From positions 2,878,263 through 2,942,262 of the forward strand of contig MU061804.1 of assembly GCA_013265495.1 (NCBI GenBank): a stretch of 64,000 nt of DNA. The letters are read 5' to 3'. This DNA is from Vicugna vicugna (Eukaryota). This document shows positions 35,962 through 48,530 of this stretch, piece by piece. The notes under the pieces are model-generated. The model was given only the letters and a program-made list of their open reading frames with translations, did not search any database and had not been told where the DNA came from. The position numbers were made by a program, and so were the translations under genes. Position 1 is the first letter of the stretch. Each line of letters begins with the position of its first letter.

Positions 35962-36450
35962 CAGCTATAAAAAATAAAAGTGGTGCACACTAATTTTTAA
36001 GATTACAAAACTTAGTAGAGAGGAAAATAATAATTACTCATAATCTACCCCACTGCCTGGAAATGGTCACTATTCATATGTCTGTGCATTTTTTCCATTT
36101 ATACAGATGAATTAACATATGTTTTTTGAGAGATTTGAGATGGTATATATAATTTTAACCTATTTTAATATATTATTATGTATTAATATCGATAATAAAT
36201 TATAACTATATTACTAAGTTATAAATATTATAATTAAATTAAGTTATTTAGCACTATATTGATATATATTATTATTAAATTATAAATATTTCTTTGAATC
36301 ACTAAAGGTTTTCAAAAACGTGATTTTTAACAGCGATATAATATCCTAAGTCAATCTGCTCTGACTTCCGTCCCTGTTGTTTTTTCAATTGTTTGCTTTC
36401 TAAAAATTTTTAACCTTTAAAAATCTTTTTTTTATTCAGGGGGAGGAAAT
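35962..36450 (-). mobile_element. Ancient L1 (L1ME-like) remnant with AT-rich low-complexity core
   Basis: ataatctaccccac..., very AT-rich 36140-36300, ttgtttgctttc motif. Boundaries approximate. Confidence 0.5.
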
Positions 36451-36736
36451 TAGGTGTGTTTATTTAGTTATAGAGGGTCTCTCTGACTCACCAAATGCTT
36501 TTGAATCTGAATCAGGAAAGAGCGCACAGGGCACGAAGTGAGGCCAGCAACAGAAGCTGTCAGGAGACTGGACCAGACCCCCGAGATCCCCCCGGGACAC
36601 CCGGCAGGGTGGAGAAATCTGGTGAACCGCCAGGCCGGCTTCATCTGACTCCCCTAGATGCCTTTGGGCTCTCGTGCTCCCACGCCAGGGCCAAGGGACG
36701 GGGTGACCCACAAGCCATCATGGGATGTGCCCTTAC

Positions 36737-37055
36737 CTTCCACAGGGCTTCTTTTCCGACGGGCTGCCCTCGAGGAGATGTGGGCACCTGTCCCAGAGGT
36801 CGGGCCTGTGGGATTTGTCCCTCCAGCCCCTGGTCGGAGACCTCCTCCTCTTCGGGGCATTTGCCCAGCGGCTGCTCAAAGGCCCCCCCCAGCAGCTGGG
36901 GCAGGGGGTCCTCTTCAATGGAGATGATTCTGCGGAGCGCCCGGCGGAGCGGCCCCCCAGCCCCCGGCTCCTCTTCCGTAAGCGGGTGTCCGTTCAGGCC
37001 CAGTGAGCTCCTCCTCCTCGGAACGCCAAACACATCTTCCTCCTCCACTGATTGG
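36737..37055 (-). CDS. CRACR2A: CRACR2A acidic/Pro-rich linker exon: [20 protein letters not shown]...[16 protein letters not shown]
   Basis: Acceptor aaacag|C, donor AAG|gtaag, 319 nt open (1+106 codons). [16 protein letters not shown] and [12 protein letters not shown] motifs recognised. Confidence 0.95.
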
Positions 37056-37252
37056 CTGTTTGCAGGAAGAAAGAAGGGTGGGGAGAATTTTGTAAAATGT
37101 ATCAGTCTTTTACTGAAGTGGGGGTGGCCTGACAGCTTCTATGACGGACAGTTGAGGAGCAGCCTCACTGTGGGGCAGACAAGAGCCAGGGAAGGGAAAA
37201 GCAGACCCAGCATTCTTCAGCTTAATCATTCCACGCCTGGAATGACTGAGTG

Positions 37253-37455
37253 CCTGGTGAGGAAGGTGGTGGTGGTGAAGGTGAAGGCGATGAAGGTGAT
37301 AAAGGTGAGGAGGCAGGTGATGATGGAAGCAGATGAAACTGATGAAGACGAGGATGAAGGCGATGAAGGTGAGGAGGCAGGTGGTGGTGATGGAAGCTGA
37401 TGAAGGTGAAGATGATTATAGTTGAAGATGATGAAGGCGAAGGTGATGATTGCTC
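37253..37455. repeat. Degenerate purine-rich trinucleotide repeat (GAT/GGT/GAA) with an internal duplication
   Basis: gaaggcgatgaaggtga and ggaggcaggtg..tgatggaagc.gatgaa blocks each occur twice. Confidence 0.8.
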
Positions 37456-40064
37456 CCAGGTAGTAAGCTAAGGACACAGTCAGCAACAGGTGGACACGGC
37501 CCCATCCTCATGGAAGGCCTGGCTCAGGGGGTTGAGAGCAGCAAAGACACACCAGCTACATTGTCCCAGGTTGTGGGAAGTAAAGGTTTGAAGAGAGGAG
37601 TGTAGCAGATGTGGAAACAAAGCATCCTGGGTTAACCGACCTTCGGTGGCCTTGGCGCTGGTCCAGCCCCAGCCCTCACCACCTGTGTGTCCTGAGGTAA
37701 GATGCCAACTCTCCAGGGCTGTTTCCTCACCGTGAAACATGGCCCGCCTGCCCTGCCCACCTCACCAATAAGACGGTGCACAAACCAGACACGTTAGGGA
37801 AGCGTCTCTAGGTGATGCGGGCGAGGGGCACCGCTGCTCTGGGAGGGGCCCTCACACTGCAGATGGCCGCTGAGCCGGGGCAGCTGCCCTCCCGGGGGGT
37901 TCAGGTGCGAAGGAAACCAGGTGGCGCCCCACCTGCCTGTCCTTCCTCTCTGTTTGGGGTCAGAAGCGAGTAGCCTCAGAGGCCTGAGTGCACATTTGCT
38001 TCTGGGAGCATCTGAGCGTGAGGAACGAGGAGGCGCTGTAGGAGGTGGCGGAGCCGGGCAGCAGGTGGTGGGGCCAGCGCACAGGCTGCATCCCCGAGGT
38101 GTGACAGCAAAGTCCCATGGCCCCTCTGGGGGGCGCTCTCAGGTCTTTGTGAACAAGCAGAGATGAGGACTGTTTTACAGGGAGGACCTTGGGTCCAAAA
38201 TCGAAAGACACACACACAAGGATTAGAAGAGAAAATAGAGCAGGATGAGGTGGTGAGGACATGGGGGACAAAAGAAAGACAGTGAGTGAAGGACACGGAA
38301 CACGCTGAACAGGGAAGAGCCTGCATTTGGCCCCTGGCTCGTGGCACTGAGGGCTCCGAAGGCCCCACAGCAGGAAGGAAAAGGAAACACCGCGTGTTCC
38401 TCCGTCCTGAAGTTGCGGGCGAGTCTGCGAGGTCAAGCTGAGGGGCAGTGCTTGCTCACACAAGCGGTGACTTAGTTTGGTCCCTTCGTATAGAATAAAG
38501 GATTTGCAGCAACTCAAGGACCTTTACACTCATGTATAAAATCAGCTTTTAACAGAAGCTGTCTTCTTTCCAACAAATCTCTTCTAGAGTCTAATGAGCC
38601 TACTATGTGCTTTCCCACCTCAGCACACACTGAGTGCTCTCATCTGCTCGTGCTCCGCTCACAACTCACACACAAGTGCAGGTGCGTGCGCCCCTGTGCC
38701 AGGACACACACACACGCACACACACGCAGAGCACGGCTTTTCAAAGGCCTTGCAACCAGAAAAGAAACGGCCCCTGAAACGACCCTAAAATGAAGCATTT
38801 CTTGGCAAAAGCTCTTCATTTGGGAAATTCTCCAGCCCCGTCACGCTCGGGAATACCGTCAGCTTAGCATGGCTAAGTTCGTTCTTGGTTTTGCCTCAAA
38901 ACGCTGCGCGCCAACGGCAGAGAGCAGGCGCCTCTGTCAAAGCCGCACGGGGTGCAGGCTCGCCGCCGGCTGGCTCTTCGCTGTCTGCGGTCCGCTTCCT
39001 CCGCTCAGCTGTAAGCCCCACGGTGAGGGCCCCTGTTCACCGCCGTGGCCCCAGCACACGGCACTGTAGCTCGCACACAGCAGGCACCCGTGATGGACGC
39101 CACGTCCGGTGAGTCTTCGGAGCCTTCGCAGGGCCCCGCAGAATGTCTGGTACAGGGCAGGCCATCGGTAACCGCCTGATGAAGGCCTAGACTCAGTTCG
39201 GAGAAACCCAGAGGCCAACTGTTGCTGCAGGAGTTTGGCTCCCACACTGGGTCTCACCACTTAGCTATTTAGAAAAGGACTTCACGACGATCAGGTTCAA
39301 GGTCTTGACTGACCAGCCGCCTGGCCTCCTCAGGTCACCTCCGCCTGGCGAACCCGTGACTTCCACGCTTGCCGTACTCAGGGTCTCCCAGACGAGCAAG
39401 TTCACACACTTTCTCCAGGGCTGACACTTAGGGATCCGCCTCCCACTACCCCTCTGAGGCACCCACGAGGATGGAGCCCATGCCCGGAGGAAGAGCGGGC
39501 GGGACGGGCTTGTCTCCTCCGAGGAGCCACGGGCACGCCCCTGGGGACTCTCAGGCCGTTGTGTGCTGTCCAACAGCAACCAAACATGTTATCCTTGAGC
39601 TAATTAAACAGGAATTAGTAAAAGGAGTCCGTCAAGTACAGATCCTGTGCTTGTCCCGTATCACACTTTCATTACCCTTTAGAGCCACACAGTCCTGTCC
39701 CTGTAAAACCGAGGGCGTCCGTTCTGCGCAGCAGAGCCCCGTCCAGCAAGCCTGCCCTCCTCCCACTGACCCCTCATCCCCTCACGCTCCCTGCCCCGCC
39801 GCCATGCCTCTCTGCAGGCACATGCCAGGCTGGGGCGTCCTCAGGCGACAACAGCCTGTTCTCAGGGCTGACTCTGCACACAGCTCTCTTCCACTTAGAA
39901 GTCAGAGCAGGAAGGGGCACGTCCTCCAAGATCCCAGGGGGCCGAGTGCCTGACCCCAGGGCTCCCCGCCAGGGCCCATCGGCTCTCAGTGGGCTCGGAG
40001 CCCATGCCCAACCGGAGCAGGACCCGCGAACAGATGACCAGTGAGCAAATCGGGGCTGGCTCAC

Positions 40065-40168
40065 CTTCTGAGAATCCCTCTGCCGTCCACGTATTTGCCG
40101 ATCACAGAGCCAGACCGCTGCTTCCAGCCTGCCGAAGCAGCTGGGTTTGCCTTGGCCGCCTTGTCTTT
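40065..40168 (-). CDS. CRACR2A: CRACR2A coding exon: [34 protein letters not shown](S)
   Basis: Acceptor tctgcag|AAA, donor AG|gtgag, 104 nt. [11 protein letters not shown] motif recognised. Confidence 0.93.
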
Positions 40169-41929
40169 CTGCAGAAACACAAAATGCCCTCAGACCCCCG
40201 CCTGCTGGTCTGTCCCAGTGTCAGAGCAGAAAAGGGGTCACCTGCCCACCGCACAGGTCCGGCTTTAAGTAAAACTCTCAAGGAGGCAAGCGAGGTCCCA
40301 GGTTCCCGGCCAGCCCTCACCCACTCCTTCCTCTCACTGTCGTCTCTGCCCGGAACCGCTCCCCCATCTCCCATCTAATAATGCAATCAAACAAACCGGT
40401 ACACTGTTTAGAGTCTGGGGTCCGCCAGGCTAGCCTGCCCAGGAGTAGCGATCATTTGCAAAAGGACAAATAAAAAGAGCTAAGTGTGGAATGCACAGGA
40501 AAAAATATCTGTGGGCAGAAAAAACTCTGTGCTTCTTAAAATCACGGTCTCCTGTGAGGCCCCAGCTCCTCTTTATTTCCAAAGCCCCAGAGGGTCGAGT
40601 AGCCCAATGCCCTGAACACAGCCCCTCAGCTGGACAGGGGACTCCAGGTCCTTGTGGAAGCAGGCTGGGTGCAGACAAACTGCTCACACATCGGCAGCGG
40701 AGAGCCTAGGTAGAGTGCGGCGCACCCCCGCCACCCATGTCCCCGACAGACGCCTGTCTTGTCTTCCAGGAGAGGAGGGAGCTGGATCACAGGAAGACTG
40801 GCTCATTAAGCAGCCAGCCCCATGGTTCCCGGTGATCCGCGCTGACAGAAGGAGGGGCCGTGTGCCCCCCGGGGCCCCGGGAGGGATGGCTGTGATTCCA
40901 AATGAATCTTTAATTATGATTCAGCAGGAACACGATTTTATCCCTCTTTCTTCTGTGCCCCACGAGGGATCTTAATTCAATTCTCTTCTCAAAGCAGAAT
41001 GAGTTTGGCAGGTGAAGGGAAGTGAGGTCAAGAGATTAGGGTGACATGGGGTGGGAAGTTTTAAAATACATTCCGTGTTACTTCTAAAACAATTATAAGC
41101 ATTATCATCATCAAACAAACATGTGTAGGCTTAAGCCTTGCTCTAACAGCACACACAGGTGGGCGGCAGAGAAGCGAGCTGCCAGCCAGCGATAAAACAG
41201 AGGTGCTGTTGTGCGTGGTCCCTCCAGGATCGGCAGTTATAAACCAGGTGGGACCAGTTTCCAGGCAAACCAGCTGCCGTTTGCCGACCACGTTTAGGGC
41301 ACCGAACAGCTGAGGGTCAGTGCGAGACCTCCTTTTGCCAGAGTTTTTGCCAAAATCCCTACAACATGGAAAAGAAGAGCGGGGATTCCCTCTCCTCCTG
41401 TGATAAATGAGGTCTTGGTTCAAGGAGGCTGATTTACCCAAGGACACACGTGACATTCGCAGCGTGATGGTCCTGATAGTCAGGAAGTCACATCCATCCA
41501 CCCTGCCCCTCTTTTGCTTCCCTTCAGAGCATCCAGTGGCTACTGTCGGGGAGGGGGGTAGTAGGGGAACGTGAAATCCTAGATGCTGTGTAATGCAGCC
41601 CTACGGAGATCTTCCATGAACGCAGGATTTTTGTGCTATTTGAGAATGTATGTACGTCACGGATGGAACCAGCATTTCTGCCTCCGAGAAACGTGGGCAA
41701 ACATTTCAGTCTCGTTCCGTCCAGAGGAAAGTGCGTCACTTCATGGGAAGTTAACTCATGGTTACACAATAGGTCACCCTCTATTTTTGCTACTTTCAAA
41801 AAATCTGCTGCCACCGTCCTGCCCACACGAAGGAGCCATCAGATCCCAAGCCTCGGGACACTCTGGGGCCGGTCCCAGCACAACGTGGCGGCCACTGGAC
41901 CCCAGGGGAAGCGGGCTCCGGCCAGTTAC

Positions 41930-41975
41930 CTGAAAACGCATGTCCCGTTCGTCCCGGAGGTGCTTGTTCCTTTCC
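41930..41975 (-). CDS. CRACR2A: CRACR2A coding exon: ERNKHLRDERDMRFQ
   Basis: Acceptor cacag|G, donor CAG|gtaac, 46 nt. Confidence 0.93.
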
Positions 41976-42294
41976 CTGTGGACGGAGAAGGGGAATCGAT
42001 TCAAACCCGGGGTCTGCAGTCAGCATGTGCAAGGGCAACTGCTGAGGGTCCGATGGGTGCCGAGGAAGGCTGGGTGTGGAAGCCCAGGGAGGGGGTGGAG
42101 TCACTTTCCTTAGGGACTGGGGTTAAGGGCAGCTGTGTAGAAGTGAGGTCAGAGGCAGGGGGATAGACGGAATGACTTGTGACACCCAGGGCCCTTCAGG
42201 ATCCCGCCCTGGTCCACGCTGTCGCTAAGGGAGCCTCCCCCACAGCTGGCCAGGTGTTCCAGCTCCACCTGGACTGAGCCCCGGCCCCCTTCTC

Positions 42295-42700
42295 CAAACC
42301 ATTCATTCATGCATGTGTGCCTTCACTCAGCACATGTCCCCTGAGCTCCCGTGGCATGCTGGGCTCCGCTCCAGCCACCAGGAGTATCCCGAGGGCTGCG
42401 AGACAAAGTTCCTACCCCCCTCCCCGGGCACTGGCATTTTAGCTCAGGGATCAATGCTATTGGGAAAAACCAAGTGGGCAAGTGGAATAAAGAGGGCCAG
42501 AGATGGAGGGTAGTCAGGGAAGGCCTCACCAGGAAGGTGGCGTCTGAGCAGCGGCTTGGGGAGGGTGGGGGAGACTTCATCATGGATGGGGGACCAGCCA
42601 GGGCAAAGCCTGTTGTCGGGATACAGGGGAACAGAGAGGAGGGAGCAGGTGCTCAGAGGAGGAGGTCAGAGGGGAGATGGGTGGCATGGGAGCCCTCCAT
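42295..42700 (-). mobile_element. L2 fragment
   Basis: attcattcat..cagcacatgtcccctgagctcc..agacaaagttcctacc..gaaggcctcacc..tctgagcag pattern. Confidence 0.5.
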
Positions 42701-42867
42701 CCCTGGCCTGTGCACCACTGTAGGGGCTTGGGTTTGATCCCAGTGAGATCTGGAGCCATGGGGGGGGGTGGCTGTGGAGTGTCTAGACTGGACTCAAGTT
42801 TTAAAAGAAGATGCTGTGCTGAGAAGAGAGTGCAGGGACAAGGGTGGGGCCCTGATGATTGGCCCGT

Positions 42868-43175
42868 ATGTTGAAGTCTAGTCACTTTACAATGTTGTGC
42901 CAATATCTGGTGTGCAGCATGTTTCAGTCATACATATACATACACATACTCCTTTTCATATTCTTTTCCATTATAGTCGCTACAGGATAGTGAATATGGT
43001 TCCCTGTGCTGGGCAGTAGGACTTGGCTGTTTACCTATTTCATATATAGAGGTCAGTATCTGCAAATCTCAAAGTCCCAATTTATCTCTTCCCACCCTCT
43101 TTCCCTCCTGGTCACCATGAATTTGTGTTCTATGTCTGTGAGTCTCTTTCTGTTTTGTAAATAAGTTTGTTTGCA
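42868..43175 (-). mobile_element. LINE-1 3' UTR fragment (Laurasiatherian/cetartiodactyl type)
   Basis: ttgaagtctagtcactttacaatgttgtg...tccctgtgct...tctatgtctgtgagtctctttctgttttgtaaataagtt resembles the reverse complement of the L1 3' end (recalled consensus). Confidence 0.8.
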
Positions 43176-44717
43176 TGAGAAAATTCAGGCGCCAGCTGGT
43201 GGACAACTGCCCAAGGTCACACGGTTCACCAGGGGCGGCCCTGGGGGTTGAACCAGATCCAGCTGCAAAGCGCACGTTCCTACTGGGCACCCCAAAGTGC
43301 TTCCTTTTGCCTTGGGAGGGCAGCCCCCTGGCCCGGTCACCCCCTAGCCAGTGTCCTGATCCCCGCCCCCATTCCCGCTGTCCTCCTGTCCCACCCACTC
43401 CCAGCTCCCTCTCTCCCTGATCCCGGTTTCTCTGTCACTACCTGGTGACCTCACTGTGGGGAGGGGGCTTCTGTGGGCCTCCCTCCGCGTCTGGGCTCTC
43501 ACCAGCCGACCTGGGGGGCCAGGCGACGGCACAGAGAGGCGTCTGGCTGGGATTCTGCACGGATGCTGGTCTCCATTAAAAAGACCCAAAGTAGTGGCAG
43601 CGTGCTGCCTCGGCATCCTCCCCTGCGCACTCATGCTGAATCTGCCCTTTTAGTTTTTCTAAGAACAATAGACAAAAGGAAAAAAAAACCAAACCAAACT
43701 CAGACTTGCCCATCTCCTTCTCTGCCTTCGGCTGAAACCTTCCTGTGAGTCGGGACCTTCTCTCCCAGGGATTAGGACTTGGCCACCACGACCCTCTCCC
43801 GCGACCCCAGCCTTTGGAATCACGTCTTGAGTGAAGCGGATCTGAAACGCATTCAGGCTGAAGCACGTTTATGTTGAGCGGCTGCAGCGATGCCAGACAC
43901 GGCGACCTTGCCTTGCTTTCAAATTTAAAGAAAAACCCTAAAGCCGTCATAATGTCCCTGATTCAAAACCACCTGCCCTTTAAAAACCAGAATCCAAAGT
44001 CCTTGTCTGGCAGGCAGTGTGCACAGCAGCTCAGAAACCCCGGAGGCAAAAGGGAAACTTTCATCTTTCCCCACATAAGTCTGAGTTGGCTGTTTTTTTG
44101 TTTTTTTTTTTGTGGGGGGGTGTATGCCAACCCAAGCCGATGTGCTAGGAATGCCAGACCACGGGCTTTGACCTCACAGTGGGTTTAGCAGACCGAGGAA
44201 ACTCCTAAACCCTTTCCTTGGTGCCCCGTCTGTGATTCATGTACTCATTCAACAAACATGAACGGAATACAGCAGGATCAAGACAGTCAGGCAGATACGG
44301 GTCTCAGTTCTGCTCCAGCAGTGAGGATCTGGGGCTCTTTTGGCAAATGGCTTCACTTCTCTGACACTGACTTCCCCATCAGTTAACTCCTGGATTAACA
44401 ACTGCCCCCCTTCCCCAAGCTCAGTGAAGCTGGAGACACAGCGTCCGGCACAGGGCAGATGCTCAATAAATTCCGGCCCCTCCCACTTGAGCGAGTCCAG
44501 AGCCGGTGCCCAGCGACACCACGCCCGCCCGCGGAGGTGCAGCCTGGGAGGTGGGGGCGGCGCGTGTGAATGGACCAAACGTGGCGGAAAGGTGGCATTC
44601 AGCTGCCCCTCGGCTGCCCAACAGTAGGCGGGGCCAGGGGGATGAGGCGCTCTCCCAGCAGGCGGGGGAGACTCTGGGCTGCCCCTCTCAACCTCAGGCG
44701 TGGGGATGCGGACGCAC

Positions 44718-44789
44718 CTCAGGAAATCCAGCTGTTTCAGGAGCCCCGACTTCTCCCGCTGCAGGCTCTCCGTCACGCGGTACACTTCC
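44718..44789 (-). CDS. CRACR2A: CRACR2A coding exon: EVYRVTESLQREKSGLLKQLDFL(R)
   Basis: Acceptor cctag|G, donor AG|gtgcgt, 72 nt, phase 2/2. Confidence 0.95.
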
Positions 44790-44974
44790 CTAGGAGGAGG
44801 TAGACGGCAGAGATGAGCAGCCACGCCCGGGAGCCAGGCAGGTGGGGCTGCAGCCAGACCCCCGACCCCCGACCCCCGAGTGGGACCCCGCCGGCCTCCT
44901 GCTGCAGAGCACGGCTCAGCGCAGGGGCTTCAGCCAGATCTCAGCCAGTCATCGCAGGGCCGCTGTCTGGAAGC

Positions 44975-45060
44975 CGCCATTATCCCCACTTTACAGACAC
45001 AGACAGTCAAAGGTCACACGGACGACCCATGACTGGGCCAGGGTTCTCATCCAGCCCCGG
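44975..45060 (-). mobile_element. MIR
   Basis: attatccccactttacagac..aaggtcacac antisense core. Confidence 0.55.
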
Positions 45061-48000
45061 GCCCAAGAGCCCGCCCTAGTGATGACTGCACCGCTGCCAG
45101 CTCACACCGGAGGTCAGGGATCAGAGTCAGCACGCTCCCCCCTCCCAACCCCTGACGCTGGTTTACTTTGTTTTCAGGAGCCACTGAAGAATCATTTTTC
45201 CTTTCCCACCTGCCCCCAACAGTCTCTGATCTGTTCCCAGATGTCTGGAATTTCTACTGTTGGCCATTCCTTTCTCTGACTTAGGATTTCTTATCTCCAG
45301 CTACAAAGCAGAGCTTTAATGCTATCAAGCGTAATCCGTCCTTCGTACCACTGTGTGAGCATTTCATTCCTAGGAATTTTGAGGGAGGGGAGAGGACGCT
45401 GAGCGATACGTGGGGTCGCTGGAGGGCAATTTAGGCTGCAAGGTGGGGGCCGTGTGTGCTCTCCTTACACCTGCACCCTCCACGCGGTGCCGGCTTGGGG
45501 GCACAGGCAGCAAACAGCAGCGGGAAGGATGGGAGGGGAGAGGGTGGAAGGAGGGGCCGGCAGGGGTGGAGGGAGGAGGAGAGACGGAATGGAGGAGTGG
45601 GGTAGGCGAGGAATTCGGCCCCACTCAGAGAAGAATGGAAAAATGTAAAGCAGATCTGAGTGACACTGGAAAAGGAGCCTTGCTTAACTGTACAGTTCTG
45701 CCTCCATCCTTCTGTCTGGGCTCTGCACCGTGGCGGGAGATTTTAACTGTCCCTCAGGCTTACTGCAAAGGGTCCGATGGCCCACGTATCCAAACCACAG
45801 CATGGTTTTCCGCAGGGAGCACCTTACGCCCGATAAATCTCTCGTCCATGGGCTGTCAGGGCTGCCTGGACTGTGCACACCCTGGGCTGAGCAGGGACGT
45901 CCCCCAAGTCGATGGTCTTGCTGGGCTGGCGAGAGCAGCACCGCTGGCTGGGGCCTCGGGACTCGCCCGCCAAGCTCACGATCGCCTGATTCCTTAAGAG
46001 GTATCTGCGGGTTTTTCCCTTTTATAGAACAATTATAAAGTCAATTTTCGACGGTAACAGACTGAATCAGAGTCTAAGTTCACCTGAGACAATCCCAATT
46101 AAGCAACGAAACTTCTCTGGCTCCTGCGGAGCTGCAAACGCAGGACATTTCATCCCCAATTAGATTTAATTTCAACTTGAGGGAAAACAATGCATTTCCC
46201 ATGATCCCTGTTGGGGACTCTGCTCTGATCAGCATCATGGGATCAGCACAGCTGCCTGGTGCCCTGGGAGCCAAGGTGGCCTGTGCCCGGCTTTGGGGCC
46301 CCCCGACCCCAACCCCAGGCCCTGCTGCTTTCTGGGGGCAGCCGGGAGCAGACGGCTTTCCCCGCTAAGGACGCTCACTCACTGGAGACCTAAGGGCTGG
46401 GTTCTCAGACCGTTTGACTGCGGGGCTAATTCCCACATCATAAGGCGCTCCAGGGGCGGGTCTCCTTACACAGCACCAGCGGACCTCCGAGCTGTGCACA
46501 CACACACACACGTACCTGGCATGTGGTGGTGCAAATACACCTCCGTCTGTCTAGTAGGCAGACCTCTGTCTGTCTAAACACACACACATAAATATTCAGA
46601 TTTTTCGTGTGTTAACAAAAAGAGAAGCATTTCTGAAAAAAAAGGACACTTGAATATTTGACTAAATGACATTTAAGGTCCTTCTAACCTAGACAGTCCA
46701 CGAGTTTACGTCTGGCTAATGTGTGGAGTGAGGGGTAGAACTCGCCATTTCGTGGTAGTGACTGGTGAGAGGTCTGTGGCTGCCTGAGGAAGCAGCTGTG
46801 GGCTGTTTTCATGAGAAGGAATGAAAACCAGAGCGCTCGCCAAAAGATCCGCCAAGTGAAAGATGCAGGCAAAAGTAGCACCGTGTGCTGCCGCTTTGTG
46901 AATGAAAAATGTGTGTGTGTGTGTGTCCACGCCCGCCTGCGTATGCGGAGGAACACTCTGGAAGGATCAAGGGGTGACGGGAGGCCAGGAGTCAGGGGAG
47001 GGGGCCAGCCTCTGAGTGTACCTCCCTCTGTGCCGGTGGAATTTGTGCCTTGTCACTAACGACCTACCCAGAGGGAAAGGTAATTAACAACACAGACAGA
47101 GGAGCTGCTTTGCAGCTGAACCCCCCTTCCTGTTACCGCTCCTGCTTGATTGCTCCTTCTTTATCTGACTCTAAAATCTCATTCTCCTTCCCTGAGCACC
47201 TTCAGAGCACAGGAAGATTAATTTTGCCCATTGTGAATTCTAGCTAACGCACCACGCAGTCTGTTTACCCAGAAGCTCCCGCTCCTGGCGCCCAGCTGCT
47301 CGGGAGCAGTGTCAGGCAGCGGGGCACTGGCAGGGAAACCTGGGCGTCAGGAGGACGGGGCTCTGACCTCGTTTTCCAGCCCTAACGAGCTTACTGGCTA
47401 TGGGTTGGTCGCTGTCCCTCTCTGAGCCTCAGCTTCTTTCCTTTGTCAAATGAAGAGGCGGGTTTGAGCATGAAGGTCCCATCAGCACCGCTGGGCTGGG
47501 ATCCCGCCCTGCAGAGGACAGGCCGCCCTCCTCTCCCAGCCTCCCCAGACAAGGCTCGCTCTCCTGGGCCCCAGCGCGCCCTCCGGCCGCACGAGATGCC
47601 GCAAGACAAGTCCTGAGGTTCTGCAGTCATCTGTCTCTCCCTCCTAACCCTCCTTCCCTGTGTTTCAATTCCCAGCCTCCAGAGATTGCATCTCCGGCTT
47701 GGTTGATTAAGATGAGGCTTGAGGAAGAGTGCGGTCCCACGCTGAGCCGCTACCCCGGCTCCGGTGCGTGGCTGCTCGTTTCCATTTGCTGCTCTCCAGC
47801 CTGTAGATGTTTGCTGCTTTTAGGACTTGACTGAATTTTAAGAGCCCGAATCCTTCCTTCTATTTGTAAAGGCAAACGCCTTGTTGACCTGCTCTCAACG
47901 AGGAGGAAAGGATTCTGCTTGTTTACAAGGAAATACACTGTCCTTCCTCCGGTGCCCCAAGCGTGGGGACGGCAGGGCTGGTTGTGCTTTCAGTCAACGG

Positions 48001-48369
48001 CTTGGGAATGCATCTGTTTTTCAGCGGGAGATATCTCACTCGGGCAAAACTCCAAACCCAAACACATCTCCCCCCTCTCCCCCCGCTCAGTCCCAACCAC
48101 TGCAGCACCCCACATGTGAGTCAGACAGCGAACCATGCGATCTAGGCCGATGGACCAACATTTTGCCAACACTCAGGTCAAGGCTTTTGAACAAGGAGAG
48201 TTGTTAACATGTGGAAAACACCAAGCCTGGGTGAGTAAGACGGCTCTTCCCTCTGAGATCAGACTTCATACCCTGCTCGGCCCGGGACCAAGCACACAGG
48301 TAAATTTTGCAGAGTGAATGCACGAGTGTGTGAATGATGGCCGGTCCCCATCCTGTGCACACACTTTCT

Positions 48370-48530
48370 GGAGTCAGCCACGTGTGGCCAGCACTTAACA
48401 TCCTGGGACAGTTACTGAACACCTCTGGACCTCGGTTTCCTCGTCCGTAAATCAGAGCTGATAATAAGAGTAGCTGCTACATGAGGATGCTGAGAAGGTC
48501 CAATGAGATAACGTTGGACTTTCCACCCAA
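48370..48530 (+). mobile_element. MIR
   Basis: acctctggacctcggtttcctcgtccgtaaa..gataata..atgagataac core. Confidence 0.65.

Noticed and set aside
37914-37927. CTCF-like motifs (AAACCAGGTGGCGC; also 31898-31911)
   Set aside because: Both lack the 5' CC of the core, and such partial matches are frequent in GC-rich DNA.
41381-41390. Isolated NF-kappaB consensus sites (41381 and 48798)
   Set aside because: Roughly 15 GGGRNNYYCC matches are expected by chance in 64 kb.
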